Both the position numbers and the translations under genes were made by a program. Of a DNA stretch of 64,000 bases, positions 28,391 to 42,388 are shown piece by piece (within the stretch, counting starts at the first letter, position 1; each line of letters starts with the position of its first letter). This DNA comes from Lingula anatina (lineage: Eukaryota > Animalia > Brachiopoda). Location: positions 13,950,001-14,014,000 of the forward strand of contig CM120646.1 of assembly GCA_051362555.1 (NCBI GenBank), written 5' to 3'. The notes beneath the pieces are model-generated. The model was given only the letters and a program-made list of their open reading frames with translations. It was not told the DNA's origin and did not search any database.

Positions 28391-31300
28391 GTAAGTACAA
28401 AGTGAGAGTGAAAGTAAAAAATGCGCCTCATATTGTAAATGCAATGCTGATAATTTTCACAATGGCCATTTACTATCACCAAAGTTCATTTAGCTAAAAC
28501 CACCTGCTTCAGCTCAAATGAACAGCGCCTGCCAATCATGATTTCAAAACCAAAAGGAACGCCAATAATGTTTAGTTGTTAGGTGCCAGTCAGGATTGAA
28601 ATAAGAAATTGTTTTCGGCGTTAGTGTTATAGATACCATTGGTTTGAAATTGGAGAGATTACAAAAAGGTTCTTGATATATACAAAACAAGTTAAGCCTT
28701 TATCAAATATTCAGCCATGTTGTACTGAAAACAATGTGTCAAATTATATAACGAAGCGCACACGTGTTTCGCCAATTGTTGAATGGTAAAAAAAGCATTA
28801 CGTTTTTAAAAATTTTGTACAAAACGATATTGTAAATGCCTTATACAAACGTTCGTTTCAGTCCTTGGGCAGTTATGTCCAGACGGGTGGCTGGAAAGTC
28901 CAATAAGTGATTACTGCTTCAGTTTCAACCTCGACAGAAACGGCAAAACATGGCAAGAGGCTCGGGAGGCATGTCAAGCAACACTTGGCGACCTAACTTG
29001 GTATTCCGATGAGAAGGAACGGGTAGGTCTGATTTTGATTAACTTTATTGTATTAGTCTTACTTCATAAAGTGAATTACAATCATTCGGTCATTATGCAA
29101 CAACCACCCTGCTTTTCAGACAGTTAGTGGTGGTAATATCCGTGCAGATTGAAACGGCTATCCTTCTACAATAAGAAACTCGCCGACACTTATTCCCACT
29201 CCGTGTATTAAAAGTTCGAGATTTGGGGTGCACATTTTCGACTTGTATCTGCCTCAATCGTGGAGGTGCATTAAATCAAGATCAAGTTCAAATATCAGAA
29301 AGCTATTTTATCACGTAATTAGTTTCGTCATTTTATAGGTGCATTGGGACCCCATCATTACGGCCTTTCATAACAGTAGTATCTACTTTTTTACAGTGTA
29401 AACGCCCTGCTCTTTTTCTTCATCTCAGTATGGCGACAAGGATATGTAATAAAAGAGGGGAGGGGGGTTGATAGCGTTAACTTTGAAATCTAGAATTTCA
29501 TCCCTCAGAAAGCAAACCGTGCGTTATTCAAATGGTGTTGTCATTCAGGGTTTTATTACCACGACAGCGGACAGACTGACCCTCCTACACTCCAAAAGCC
29601 AAACGTGGTGGGTAGGAGTAACAAAGGGGAAACGGGATGGAGCGTGGCAGTGGGTGACCGGAGAAAAAGCCGTGACTAACCTCTTGTAAGTTTGCGTGCT
29701 TTTTCTAATCAATGTGATGTTTAGTGATCGCGATGCTTGTGCCCAATATGACGTATTCAAGTATATTCATGCCGCAACTACATATGTAATTACAGTTTAA
29801 AGGCTACATTAACGTCCACATGTAACGAATAAGTTCAAAGTTATTGTATTTCCTTAAAATTTGAAGTCGGGCAACCTCAGATGTGTGCTGCAATACATAT
29901 TCTCTATCAAAGAAGTTTGTGTAAAGAATTGTGAAATTTATATGGTGAACATGCAAATCAAATGGCGCCTTTACGTTGTTTGATGACCAGGGGCTGGGCT
30001 ACTCAGGAACCTGACAATAGCGGGAACCAAGATCAAATTTGTGGAGCATTGCGCGTGCACCGAAATATGTCAATCAAAACGAAAATGAAAACTGAAAATT
30101 GCCATGGTTCCTTTCCCTACATCTGCAAGAGGCACAAAGGTCATTATAAACCCGCTTGATATGTATATATAGAAATAGTGAATTTGGACAGCAAAAATAC
30201 GCTAAAAGATCTCATTATAAACAACACATTAGCGCATGATGTAAAAAATTAAATGAAAATAAGTGTAGATTAATATTAGTTTACACATAAATGTTTTCAA
30301 CGACATGGGGCGGTGAATAATCCAATATATTGTTTTGTAAAAACGTGAGGAAAGCATTAGATAAATGTTCTTTATAGTTTCAAGTCTGACCATGGATGAT
30401 TTGGAGACGCAGACTGGATATCTTTGCAAATGGCATTGAATCTTTATCTGCACCAATATATGTCATATACAGAATACCTTTTGGGAAGTTTCATCCTTTC
30501 GTGGTCTTGCGTTGGAACGTTTAATATTCATCTAATATCTAAATATTATGGGTATCAAATGAGAGAAGGCCTAACCTTACTTAATCTGCTTCAGCTGTGG
30601 TTGGTGAGTGTCCCGACCAGTGGCAAAATGTTGACGACTCCTGCTTTCGACATTTTCACACAGAAGAGGAATGGCAATATGCGAAGTACGTGTTTTCTTT
30701 TTGTTAGGCGTAGATCTATTCACCTGTTAATCGCACGGGCTCATAAACGCCGTCTCCGCGACAAAACAGTGAAATCTCACTTTGGTTAGATATACATTCC
30801 TTGCAAGCGGTTTAATTGTCATTGGCAACTTGACAAAATAGTTTTAAAACCCACATATTGACCGGTGCCTAAATCATCATTATTTTATATGAAGTAATAA
30901 TTACCACAAATAAATTTAATCTCATGAACGAAACGGGTTCGTGTATTTCACTTAGCCTCAGCAATATACTGATAATTTACCACACAACCAATCTTAGACG
31001 ATGACACGAGTCCTGCTGAGTAAATATGTATTAATGTATTAACATGTATTAAACATGAAAATGCTCAGACACAAGCCTAAAATTTTCCGTACCGTTAGCT
31101 TACGGCCAACCTGGTCGAAGGCCTTCATCAGACTGACGTGAGTAGTTGTTCACACTCACTGACCGCTAGGTGGTATAGCGGCCAGGACCCTCTTATAAAT
31201 GTCAGGTAGACACAAGAGGGTCCTGGCCGCTATACCACCTAGCGGTCAGTGAGTGTGAACAACTGCTCACGTCAGTCTGATGAAGGCCTTCGACCAGGTT

Positions 31301-34300
31301 GGCCGTAAGCTGACAGTACGGAAAATTTTAGGCTTGTGTCTGAGCATTTTCATGTTTATCCAACTACCAAGCTAATGAACATTTTTGCTCGATAACATGT
31401 ATTATTTACTTCCCATTCCAGCGATAACTGTAGACAATACGGGGCCCATTTAGCAACAGTTGACAGCGAAATACAGCAACAGTTTCTATTTGATGCTGCA
31501 CGGTTTAGTGATAAGGCCATCTGGATTGGTTATTGGGTTGGCTTAAACAAAGAGGTACAACGTTTAATAAACTAAAAAAATGGTCATAATAATGCATGTT
31601 AATAATAATATTCTAACATTCTGAAATGTCGGTATGTGGTATAATTTTTGTCATTTCTATTATTTTTACCAACCACGTGTGATCTATATTCTTAATGTAT
31701 TTTTTAGACATAAACATAACTATGAAGGCTTCTTATCATTCATGTCGATAATTTCAGCATAAAACCTCATGGATGAAGCGGAACGAAGCCCTGAAGCATA
31801 CGGACGTTCAGTACTGGGTTGAGGGAACGCCGCCTACACCAAGTATCCGCAGGTACAACCATGCCGTATATTTCAATTTTAATATTTGGAATTTTGATTA
31901 CTTGATTTATCCAGTGAAGCATGAAGGACTTTGACTGCTACGTACATGTTTTAACTTAAAAGTATATGCTTCATGTGCATTGTATGCCACTGTTTGCAAA
32001 AAGAAGTCCATTACCTTGCATTATAATTAAAAGGATCACTATATAATCATAAACAGTGAAAATGCAACAGCCAGACCTAAAAAGAGCGCGATGACCATTT
32101 CACTGGCTGTGATGGAAGTGATTAGCGTTATACTGCTAGAGTTTAGATAACGTTAAATGTGGGTATCACAGCATTTGCATTGAATGTTTATACGGCAGCT
32201 AGTTAGAATAAGTATATTTAACGATAGTAATTATAAATTCGTGTCTATAGTGGGCAAGGCAATCACACCTGTGTGGTGATAGATCCGACGACTAGAGAAT
32301 CCCGAAAGTCATGGGCGCCTGAGAACTGCAGGGCAGAAAGACCGTACATATGCAGAAAACAAAAAGGTATTTGTTAAATTTCATACAAGTATGAGAGAAA
32401 AACCCGTAATCCATATGCGGTGTTATAAAAATCATTCCATTTGTCTGTTTTGTCCGATAAAGATTTGGAAAATTCGCCCAGATAATGTGATTTGGCCAAT
32501 TAGATGGCGGCTCATTTCTTCATCAGTTGAAAGGAATGTTCAGCAACGTATGGTGTTATTGATTCCAATGCATTAATGTTTCCTGTTTTTTCTTTTACAA
32601 AGTGTATTATTATTGGCATCACTCATTATTCCCTACGTTTTCATAAATCTCTTTAGGTCACTGTGCGTCTGGTTGGTTACAGCACAATCGTACATGCTAC
32701 CAATTTGATGAGAATATTAAGTTGTCTTGGTATGACGCCGACGCCTACTGCAAGTCCCAGGGCGCTGAACTAATATCTGTACAAAGGTAAAACACCATTG
32801 ACAGCGTCGAAAACAAAGCGTTCATGAGGTCGGCACACCGTTATCAGCACGAGTTCGAATATTGGACCCATATCAACTGAAAAAAAATATTTTTTTAATC
32901 GCCGTTTCAAAGTGTTAAAATATAATCCAATGTTAAAGCACCTGGTTTTCAATAAAAACCAATTATTAAAAAGCAAAGCATATTGTATTTCTTTTAATCC
33001 ATCTTAGAAATTTTGGGGTCTGTCACTGGTGTTGAAGATCTCGGGCGTATTTCTCAACTATTGCCTGCTATCTCTATATCTTTTAGATAATATGATGCTC
33101 AATTCATTACGCTCTCTTACTGAAATTGGGGAAAAACAATAAAAAAAAACATGACACATGATGCACTCCCCATATTATTATTTCAGCAAGAATGTTCAGA
33201 AGTTTCTTACACCATTGCTTCAGGAATTGGGGGCAGGTGCCAGGCTGTGGCTTGGGGGATCGGGTAAGTAAGTGATCATGGTGTCCATTAATGCACCCAG
33301 TGCCTCACACGCACGCAGCACACACGTGCACACGCGTATTGTTTCTGTTGACATATATCATTTATTGAGTAAAAGGTCTTTGAGTACGAGGGCGTTTATC
33401 TAACGTGAGATAAAGCCTTGATATATACTAATTTTCTGGAAGTATGTATTGTTTTTTAATAGTTAAGTAAACTAATTGTCTCAATTGTTTTACCCAAAGT
33501 AAGTTGATAAGTTTGATTTATAATGTGATCGTTTAAGATCATAATATTCATATTCTATAAACCCATGATACATTAACAATTCAGATATTGACCTAAATCC
33601 TAAGATATTACGGTGGCCTGATGGGAAGGTCATGACAGACTATTTTAGCAACTGGGCGCCTTCAGAACCGAGCAATACTAATTCGGCAAGATGCGTTCAT
33701 ATGCTATCAGGTACTGGTAATAAGCTGACAAGCCGTTGTGACAGGAATGGCAGTCCGCTGGGAACCGTAGCCCACCCCCATTACTTTGTACAAGCGACAT
33801 TCGTCCCATATACTAAACCTAATACTTCCACAAACCATAATCCGTACTAAACATATGGGACCCAAGACGTCCATTCTTAGGACTATCATTCCTGTCACAC
33901 CTGCGAATTGTTGTATCTACAAAACTAAAGCAAGTAGCAGCTTGTTTTTAAACATATATTTAATAAATCCCAAGCTGGTTCTAACTTTCAAAGTCGGGTT
34001 GCGTATTTCCGTACGTTACAAACAATCACTTTTAGTGCCAATTTGGCGTAAGTCCTATTTCTTAGATTATTTTTTTATTAATGATGAACAATTTGAATTC
34101 AAACTGTTGCCTTGAAGTGCGTTACTTATCTAAAAAAGCTCCGTTATGTACACGAAGTCAAAGCAAAAGGTTTTTCAAAGAACAGGTAAAATTCAATAAT
34201 TCCCATATCAGTTAATCATGTGGAAAGTTTCTTGTGAGACGTTGAAATATTTGGTGGTAATTGCCCATGATTTTATTTATTTTTTAACCCTTTATTATTG

Positions 34301-36414
34301 CACATTTGAGAACTTGAAAATATCTTATTCAGAGGATGGAAAATGGTCAACAGATAAACACTGCTTGCAAGAACTGATTTTCATCTGCCAGATTCCAGAT
34401 GACGCCATTGTTTACCCACCGACTGTAAAACCAGGTGCGCTGATATACTGTAATGAGCAATTATGATTCGTGATATAGTAAATACATGAATGACTAATTT
34501 GCGAGATCTCCAATAAGTAGGCCCCCTGTCAAACTTCGTTGAGAAAGAGAAATGTTTCACATAAATCCTTGTCTCTTTTGTTCTGTTGGTCCACTATTTC
34601 TACTTGCGTAATGACAATATTTTTGTTTTCAAAATACTAGCATTTTTGTGTTTTAAGATTTGTCGTTAGTATAAGCTTAATTATACAAAAATGTGCTGTA
34701 AGAAAATTAAGGCTACAAGCAGTCACATTCCCCTGTTATTTGGAAATACATTCTCAGTCAAGTTCCAGCTTTGAGTCGAACACCTTGTTCTCTTTCCCTT
34801 GTTATATCACTTTCGTTTAACTATGATATTCAGTATGCCCAAATTAAATACCCTATACAAGTGATATCCATTCATATAGTTTGTAAAATACTAATATTAA
34901 TTATTTAGCTAACGGTTCTTGTGCCCAAGGGTGGGAGGCGCATGCGTTCTCTTGTTACTATTTTGCCCGTGATGAGTCTGTCACGTGGCTCAAAGCTGAG
35001 AAAACTTGCCGGGATAATGGCGCTAGTCTTGTGAAGGTGGATAATGCTAGGGAAATGTCGTTCATAAGCCGTGAGTTACTATTTTATTACTGAGCTGCTG
35101 TTATCTGTTCACTTTTATTCAACTACCAAATCGTATTGATATTCTATGGTCAATTTGTTGCATATTTTAAATAGAATTTCAATATTGTTTTTCAACAGTG
35201 ATATTGTCAAATAAAAATACAGGCATTGAGACTAGCTTCATATTCCTTGAAATTGTTAAATTTTTGTATTTAAAATAAATAATATAAATATCCCAATTAA
35301 GTATAACTGAATATGACACAAGAGTATTTTTTGCAGAAAAATTAACCACCAGTTCTTGGTTAGGTCTAAACAACAGGCACGTTGAAAGTCAGTGGGTCTG
35401 GCCTGACGGGGAGATGGTAAGTTACTGACACCCTGTTGAGGAATCCCATGTGGAAACAATTATCTCTGCACGCGCGCCAAAGGCTTTGTACTTGCTCTGC
35501 ATGAGCTGAGCTTCACAACGATGTGATAACTGCTCGTTACGCAACCAGTCTAAGGCTCTTTTATCTGTCACAGAAGAGCAAGTGATTGAAGTCAATTTGT
35601 AACATTGAGTAATTAACTGTCTTGATTGCTGTCACGCAGACTTAGACTGGACCTGCTAAGTGGCAGTGCCTGAGCAGTTATGCAAACAATTATCAGCCAT
35701 GTAATCAGCCTTGAGATTCCTCAACAGGGTGAGTTGAGCTCTAAATGACCATCTATCTAGCTAGAGACATAGGCCTATTTGTGAATATCTGTAAAAAATC
35801 TATCACTCGCCCTGGTAGAGGGTAAGTTACTGATATGTTTTGGAGAATTTAAATTAAAAGAAAATCTTATACATCCAGTGCGATTTGAATAGCCGCATAA
35901 TCATTTCTAAACAAATTAAACGATGGCATATTCTATCATAACATTTCCGACTAACATGTAACATGCTTAATTTGTACGTATGTATATACACCGAAGATTT
36001 GTATGTATTTAAACTGAAGATAATTATCACAGAAAAGCAGGATCACCGCAATCTGTATATTTGTTCCATATTTTCACGCATCGATTTCCTTGTAGCATTT
36101 TGATGTAATATACATGTTATGTCTTCTAAACCAGGCAACTTTTACAAACTGGGCGCCGAACAAACCATGCAGTAATGGAACCGGTTTCCACTGCGCTGCT
36201 GTCTTGACAGGCAATGCCCTGGGACGTTGGACCAATACCCGATGCGACCATACAAAAGATTATATATGTGAGAAAATGATAGGTGCGTTGTGATTGTTAT
36301 TGTTACCACCAGTTAAATGTGCTATATATAAGGATTTATTATCCAAAATTATAAAACAGATATTGCAACAGCGTTACTATCTTCACGTGCCTATCCCCTT
36401 AGGATTCAACAAGG

Positions 36415-36447
<33 letters not shown>

Positions 36448-39400
36448 TATAATAATAAACTCTCTGAGTGTCAATTTCTAAATTTATTTACGATCAAAAC
36501 TATCGCTCCTCTGTGGCAACTTTATCCTTTCCATACGCAACGACAAATAACATGTCAAACCATCATGAATACAATGTACCAAACACGCCCCTTAGGCCCT
36601 GCCATCACGTCGGGAACAACAACGGCAGCAGCTCCTTTCACATCCAAATGTGGATTATTTTGGGAGGACAATCCGTTAGGCGATTTCTGCTATCAATTCA
36701 ACGTGGACACACTATCCTGGGCTGAGGCACAGAGGCAATGTGAAATTAATAATGGATACCTTGCGAGCATTGCTAGTTTGCATGAACAACAGTATATAAC
36801 AGGTATGGCCCCACTTTATGTAAAATTAATTAGCCAAAATAACGTTTACGACAGTCTTCTCAATTCTGCTGATCAACCATAATTATATTGATTAGGAGCC
36901 CAAATGAAAATTCTGCATTGATTAATACAGTTAAGACTTTCTGGATAATTATTCTTTAATTGTTATTATTAAAATTATCATCCAAAATATTCTTTTCAAA
37001 TACTCGCTAATTAAAAAATTAGGAGTATATTCAATTTAAAATGACATACCGAACTCATACCTTTATGTTATACTACGGACCATTTATTTCCGTCTTTGGT
37101 GATACATCCGTATTAGCCAGGGTGCAGTCTATCCCCAACATGAGGTTTTACTGGTTAGGAGGCAATGACGTCATGTATGAGAATAGCTGGGAATGGACAG
37201 ACGGCAGTCCGTTTGCATTTTTCAATTGGGAAGCCGGTATGATGTGAATTAATGTCTTGGTTTAGCAATGTAGCCTCCATGTGTAAAAGTGTAATAAAAA
37301 GAGAGTCAAAGAGGATATTTGTTTTTCCAAAGCCTGTTTGACGTAAATGTAGCTGCTAATGCAATTTATCATTTATTTCACTATATATACATTTATATCA
37401 CTATATATATAGAGAGAGTGTATATATCTTTATATATACATGTGTATAATTTTGGTGATGAAAATATGATATCGAACTAATAAACTTCTATATATACATA
37501 TCATATTTGTCTCTGTTAAGGTCAGCCATACGCCACAAAGTACGGCCATTGTGTGGAGATGGATGCATCAAAAGGCACATGGAGAGACGAAAATTGCTCT
37601 CGAAGACAAGGATATATTTGCAAGAAAAAAGGTGAGGCAAAAGATTTTTTGTAATGATATGTAGCTGTCTAATTGGCACCGTTCATAAAATATTAAAATT
37701 CATAACTTTAAGTGATTACATTTTGCTGATAACCTTGTGTTCGAAAAGGTAAAATAGATGCCCAAAATACTCATAGAATTCAATTTTGAGTTCAAGTTCG
37801 TTACCTTTCTCGAACTACCCAATGTAAACTGCACAACGTGTACTCATTAAAAACACTGCATTTCTTTTCAACACAGTTTTAAATCAATATATTCTATTTT
37901 GTTCGGGAAAAACGAATGTTATTGATTTTTGTTAATAGCTTTTTTAATTCACAAAACTTGACGAAAGCCCATGTTGTGCATGCCGTAGTGATGGGTTTCT
38001 GTTTTAGGAGCGAGTACCATGATAACTGGTGCGCCGAATACAGAACCAACAGCTACTGTAGATCAAGGTATGTTGTATACTTCATGTAGTATTGTAGTAT
38101 TTCGTATTCTCCGTCTTTAAACTTGTTTTTTAATGCATGTGCTTTGACAAGACTCATGGATGAAAATGTACTATTTTTCAGTTATGTGTTTATAAGTCAC
38201 AAAATAATAATACGAAAACTATGCACGCCATTACCCTCTTTAAGCTACCCTTTTTTGAAAAAAGGCCTTACATAAGTGGTTTTGTGTTCACAATTTACTC
38301 ACACTTCCTCACTCTGCATTATAAAATGTCACATCAGAGGCTTATGAAAATATGCCCCTCTTATGTTAACACATGACAAGTTAGCAGTCACTTTTGCTCA
38401 TTTACTCTTTGTTATTAGTTTTTATTAATTCAAATCATGTAACATTTAACTTTGAATTCATTTGAATGTTAGTTCTTTGCCCACTCAAACATACATTTTC
38501 GTAATAGAAGGTCGTTATATTTTTACCAAGGGGTTTCCCATTGTACTGGTGACTGGACCTTGTACGCTGGAAGCTGTTTCAAGGTGCTTAATGCACCCCA
38601 GGCGTGGCCCCGGGCTAGAGACACGTGTAGACGGGAAGGAGGCGATCTTGCATACATATCAAACGCGAATGAGAACAATTTCGTCATTAGCTTAGCTGGG
38701 GAAAAAGAAGGTGTGTTCAGGGTTCTACTTATCTTTTATTTTAGAAATTAAAAACTGTATCATATGTCTATAGTGTGTACACGATGTGCTGTCAATGTTG
38801 GCGATTATTTTCGTTGGTGGTATTCAATTACATGCAAAACTTGACATTCTGAGTCGCCAGTGCAAAATTGCACCGGTCATTTTCAAATATGGATGAGGCA
38901 TAAGTCAGTATATGATTCAGATTCCTAAGCCTTCAGAAAATTGTATTTATGGTGGTACACCATGTAAGAACATGCTGTTGGCATAGAGTGCATATGAACA
39001 TATGGGGACATTTTCTTGCAGGGTGGAGAGAGTTTTGGATAGGATTCAATAGCCTGCGGATCACCAACCAGTTTGAATGGTCTGGTGGAACTGAAGTGTC
39101 ATTTACCAGTTGGAGTGCAGGCGAACCTCACGCTGGGAAAGAAGAAAATGTGTGCGTCAGTCTGTACACATCTGCACAAAATGTAAGTAGAATTTTGTTT
39201 TGCTTTAACGGCAATGGATAAAAACGGTAATTATTTTGTTTTATAGAAGCGGGTTCATCTTTAATGTGTCTTTAATTTACCAGGAAGTTTCGTTTCAAAT
39301 ACTCAACTGGAAAAATGTCTAAACGTTAGTATTTATTTTCAAACCCCATGTTTTTACTGATAGTTAAGAAAAAATGGATTAAAATGATAATTATTGCCAT

Positions 39401-42346
39401 AAATATTCCATGCAATCCCTGACCAGATCGATAATTGTAGCACATTTTGCCTTGACGTCGAGACAGGTGTCTTAACTCCGGTGTTCTGTGACATTTTGTT
39501 TTTCTAGGCCGGCAGATGGAATGCTAATGAATGCATCCAGCCGTTGCCATTTGTCTGCAGAAAACCAGCACCAAAGATGGTTTCGCCACCTACAGTGACG
39601 TATGACGGATGCCAAGGGGTTGGTATGACATTGTCATGTTTGATGTACAAATGGCGCTTCCACTTTGATCCTACATGTGTCAGTTGTAGACATTGGACAG
39701 TGATTTCAGCAGTCTTCTAACACTGCTGAAATAGCTGTCTTTGAAAACATAATTAAAATAATTTGCTCTTCTTTCATTATTTATCATTTGCATTTGATGC
39801 CTGTACCTCTCTCACAAAAGCCGCGCATTTTTCTTACAGGAATCTTCACGTGTAACTTCCTGATTTACTTGTAGATTTGCAAAAATTAAGCAGTAACGTA
39901 TTTCAGTTTAATTATATAAGTCGAATGAATTCCATACAGGTAATGTTCAAAGAAAACATATGTCCACATGCATTCCCTCTCTTTGTGATTGACATTCTGA
40001 TGACAATACAATTATAAATGATATATTTAATTATTTCGGCAATCTTGTTTTTATATTGCAGAGCGCGACGTGGACCTATAAAACGTCATGCTACGGCATA
40101 TCAAGTACAGGAGAAACATGGTCTGATGCTCTGCAGAACTGTAAGAAATCAGGAGGAACATTGTTGGAGATAAACAATCGGTACCTTAGCCTTGTAATTA
40201 TTTTATATAATGAAATATATTAAACTAATATAGTTAAAATTAGTTTAATAACCAACGGGATCCCACGGGTTTGCCTCACTATATCTTTCTGTTGCTTTAT
40301 GACATTACGTAAATGGAATCCCACAAATCGACGTGGAATGTCGTGCATAAGACCCGTGATTCATCCCCTAATGATATAGATATGAAAACCTAACAATCCG
40401 ATTCAAAATTAATAAAATTAACAACTGTAAGACATGCCAGTCATATCATCATTTAGCTGACTTCGGTAAATCAGCACAAGTAGCCATTAACCCGTATGTC
40501 AAGTTATTATAATTTTAATTAATGGTGTATATTTTGCTTTAATGATGTCATTCCGTAGTCTAGAGCAGGCGTATATTGGGTCACAGCTTGGTGACAGAGA
40601 TGTCAACACAGAGCACTGGATAGGACTCAGTAAAGGTGACAAGGGAGACAGCTACTCTTGGACCTCAGGGGAACATGTGGCATACACCAACTGGGACCAA
40701 ACACACTCAGGTATAATATCAATGACGATGTACTGCGTCCAGTTTGACTTAACTTTAAAATCGAAAAACCTGAAATATTATGATACCTAGACATACGAAG
40801 CGTGTGTAATTTTAATTGAGTAGCGTGAATTTTCACAAAGAAGTGAATTATCGGACTAGATTTTTTTCCATTTTTCTATTGGCTTGACAGGAACCTTTTT
40901 CTGTGTGGGTTTTTGGGCTGTGTAATACGTTGTGAACACGCATGATTCTTTGATGCTCACGTGTGTAGGTGTAAAGGTGCATTTGTCCATGGCCGCTCCT
41001 GTCCGTGTGTGCTTTTGTGCGTGCGCGCTCACTTTCCTTCAGCCATGGTCATAACGAAAATTTACCTCCTTTCATTAGGAAACGGAGAATACGTCTGTGT
41101 AGCGATAACAGTATCCGGTAAGACAGCAGGTAAATGGGCAGACCGAGCCTGCTCCCAGACCAAAAGCTACATTTGTGAATATCCCAGAAAGGGGTACCAG
41201 CAGAATAAAGTCGGTACAACTCCAAGACCTCCCGCCTGTCCTTTGGAACACTACTGGAGAGGATATGGCGATTACTGCTACAAGGTCTAGTTCTGTTGTA
41301 TTTTAGAAACAACTAAAAAAGCATGTCAGTATTGATCGGAATGATATCATCCGTTTGTTTGTTTGTTTGTTTGTTTGTCTGCTGATTCGCTGCGTCGTTT
41401 ACAAAACTTACGAGATGGCGATATCTAGTCTAAAGCAATTTCATAAAGATATCAAAATCCAGTAATTAAGTATCACAACTAGTTGAAGAATGTTTTGCAC
41501 CCGGACCTGTAACTGGATGAAAATAAAGTGTACAGAATGAAGGACCTGACGAAATTTCTTTATTATTTAATTTGAAGACAATGGTATTCGGAATATATTA
41601 GATGTGAAATTAGCCTGGACAATGACAACTATTATATTTATCTTATTTGTATTATCTTCACTTAGAAAATATTTTAGATTTTTACAACAGTTTCTTGCAT
41701 TGTTTAGAGGGTTTTTGGTCGTCAGACTTGGTTCCAAGCCTGGGAATTATGTAAGAATCTTGGAGGTGACCTTGCTAGCTTTCATAACCAACGCCAGATG
41801 AACGAAGCTGCGGATGTGCCACAATACGCGTAAGAAAAAAATCACTAGTATTGGTTTAAGTACACTAATGAAAGTAATTTACTAACAACTTAACAATCAA
41901 AAAGTCTCACTTCACTTTAATATCGGTGCAACTTAAGTAAGACTATTTAGATATGATGGCTGATGTTTTAGACAATCCCATGCTGTAAAGCCATGCCATT
42001 TCATTGTTTTCAGGTTTCATATATTTCACTCATATTTTAGGAGTGGTTACAGAGACAACTTCTGGATCGGCCTGCACAAACCCACCAAGAACAGCAGCTA
42101 TGTCTGGACAGATGGTTCTGCTCTGGACTATACTAACTGGGACGAGGGAGAACCCAATGACCATAACGGTCTGGAGAGCTGTGTGGAACTGAACAGAGGA
42201 CAACGGGGCCTGTGGAACGATGCCAACTGTTACACCTTGAAGCAGTGTATTTGTCAAGTTAAGAGAGGTACATAAATTAATGTTTTCGTTTCCCATCCTC
42301 ACTATTTTCATATTTACTCAATTCAAAAATTTAAATATTTATTTAC

Positions 42347-42388
<42 letters not shown>

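Noticed and set aside
39698-39737. Small hairpin ATTTCAGCAGT / ACTGCTGAAAT
   Set aside because: Too short to call an element or an RNA.
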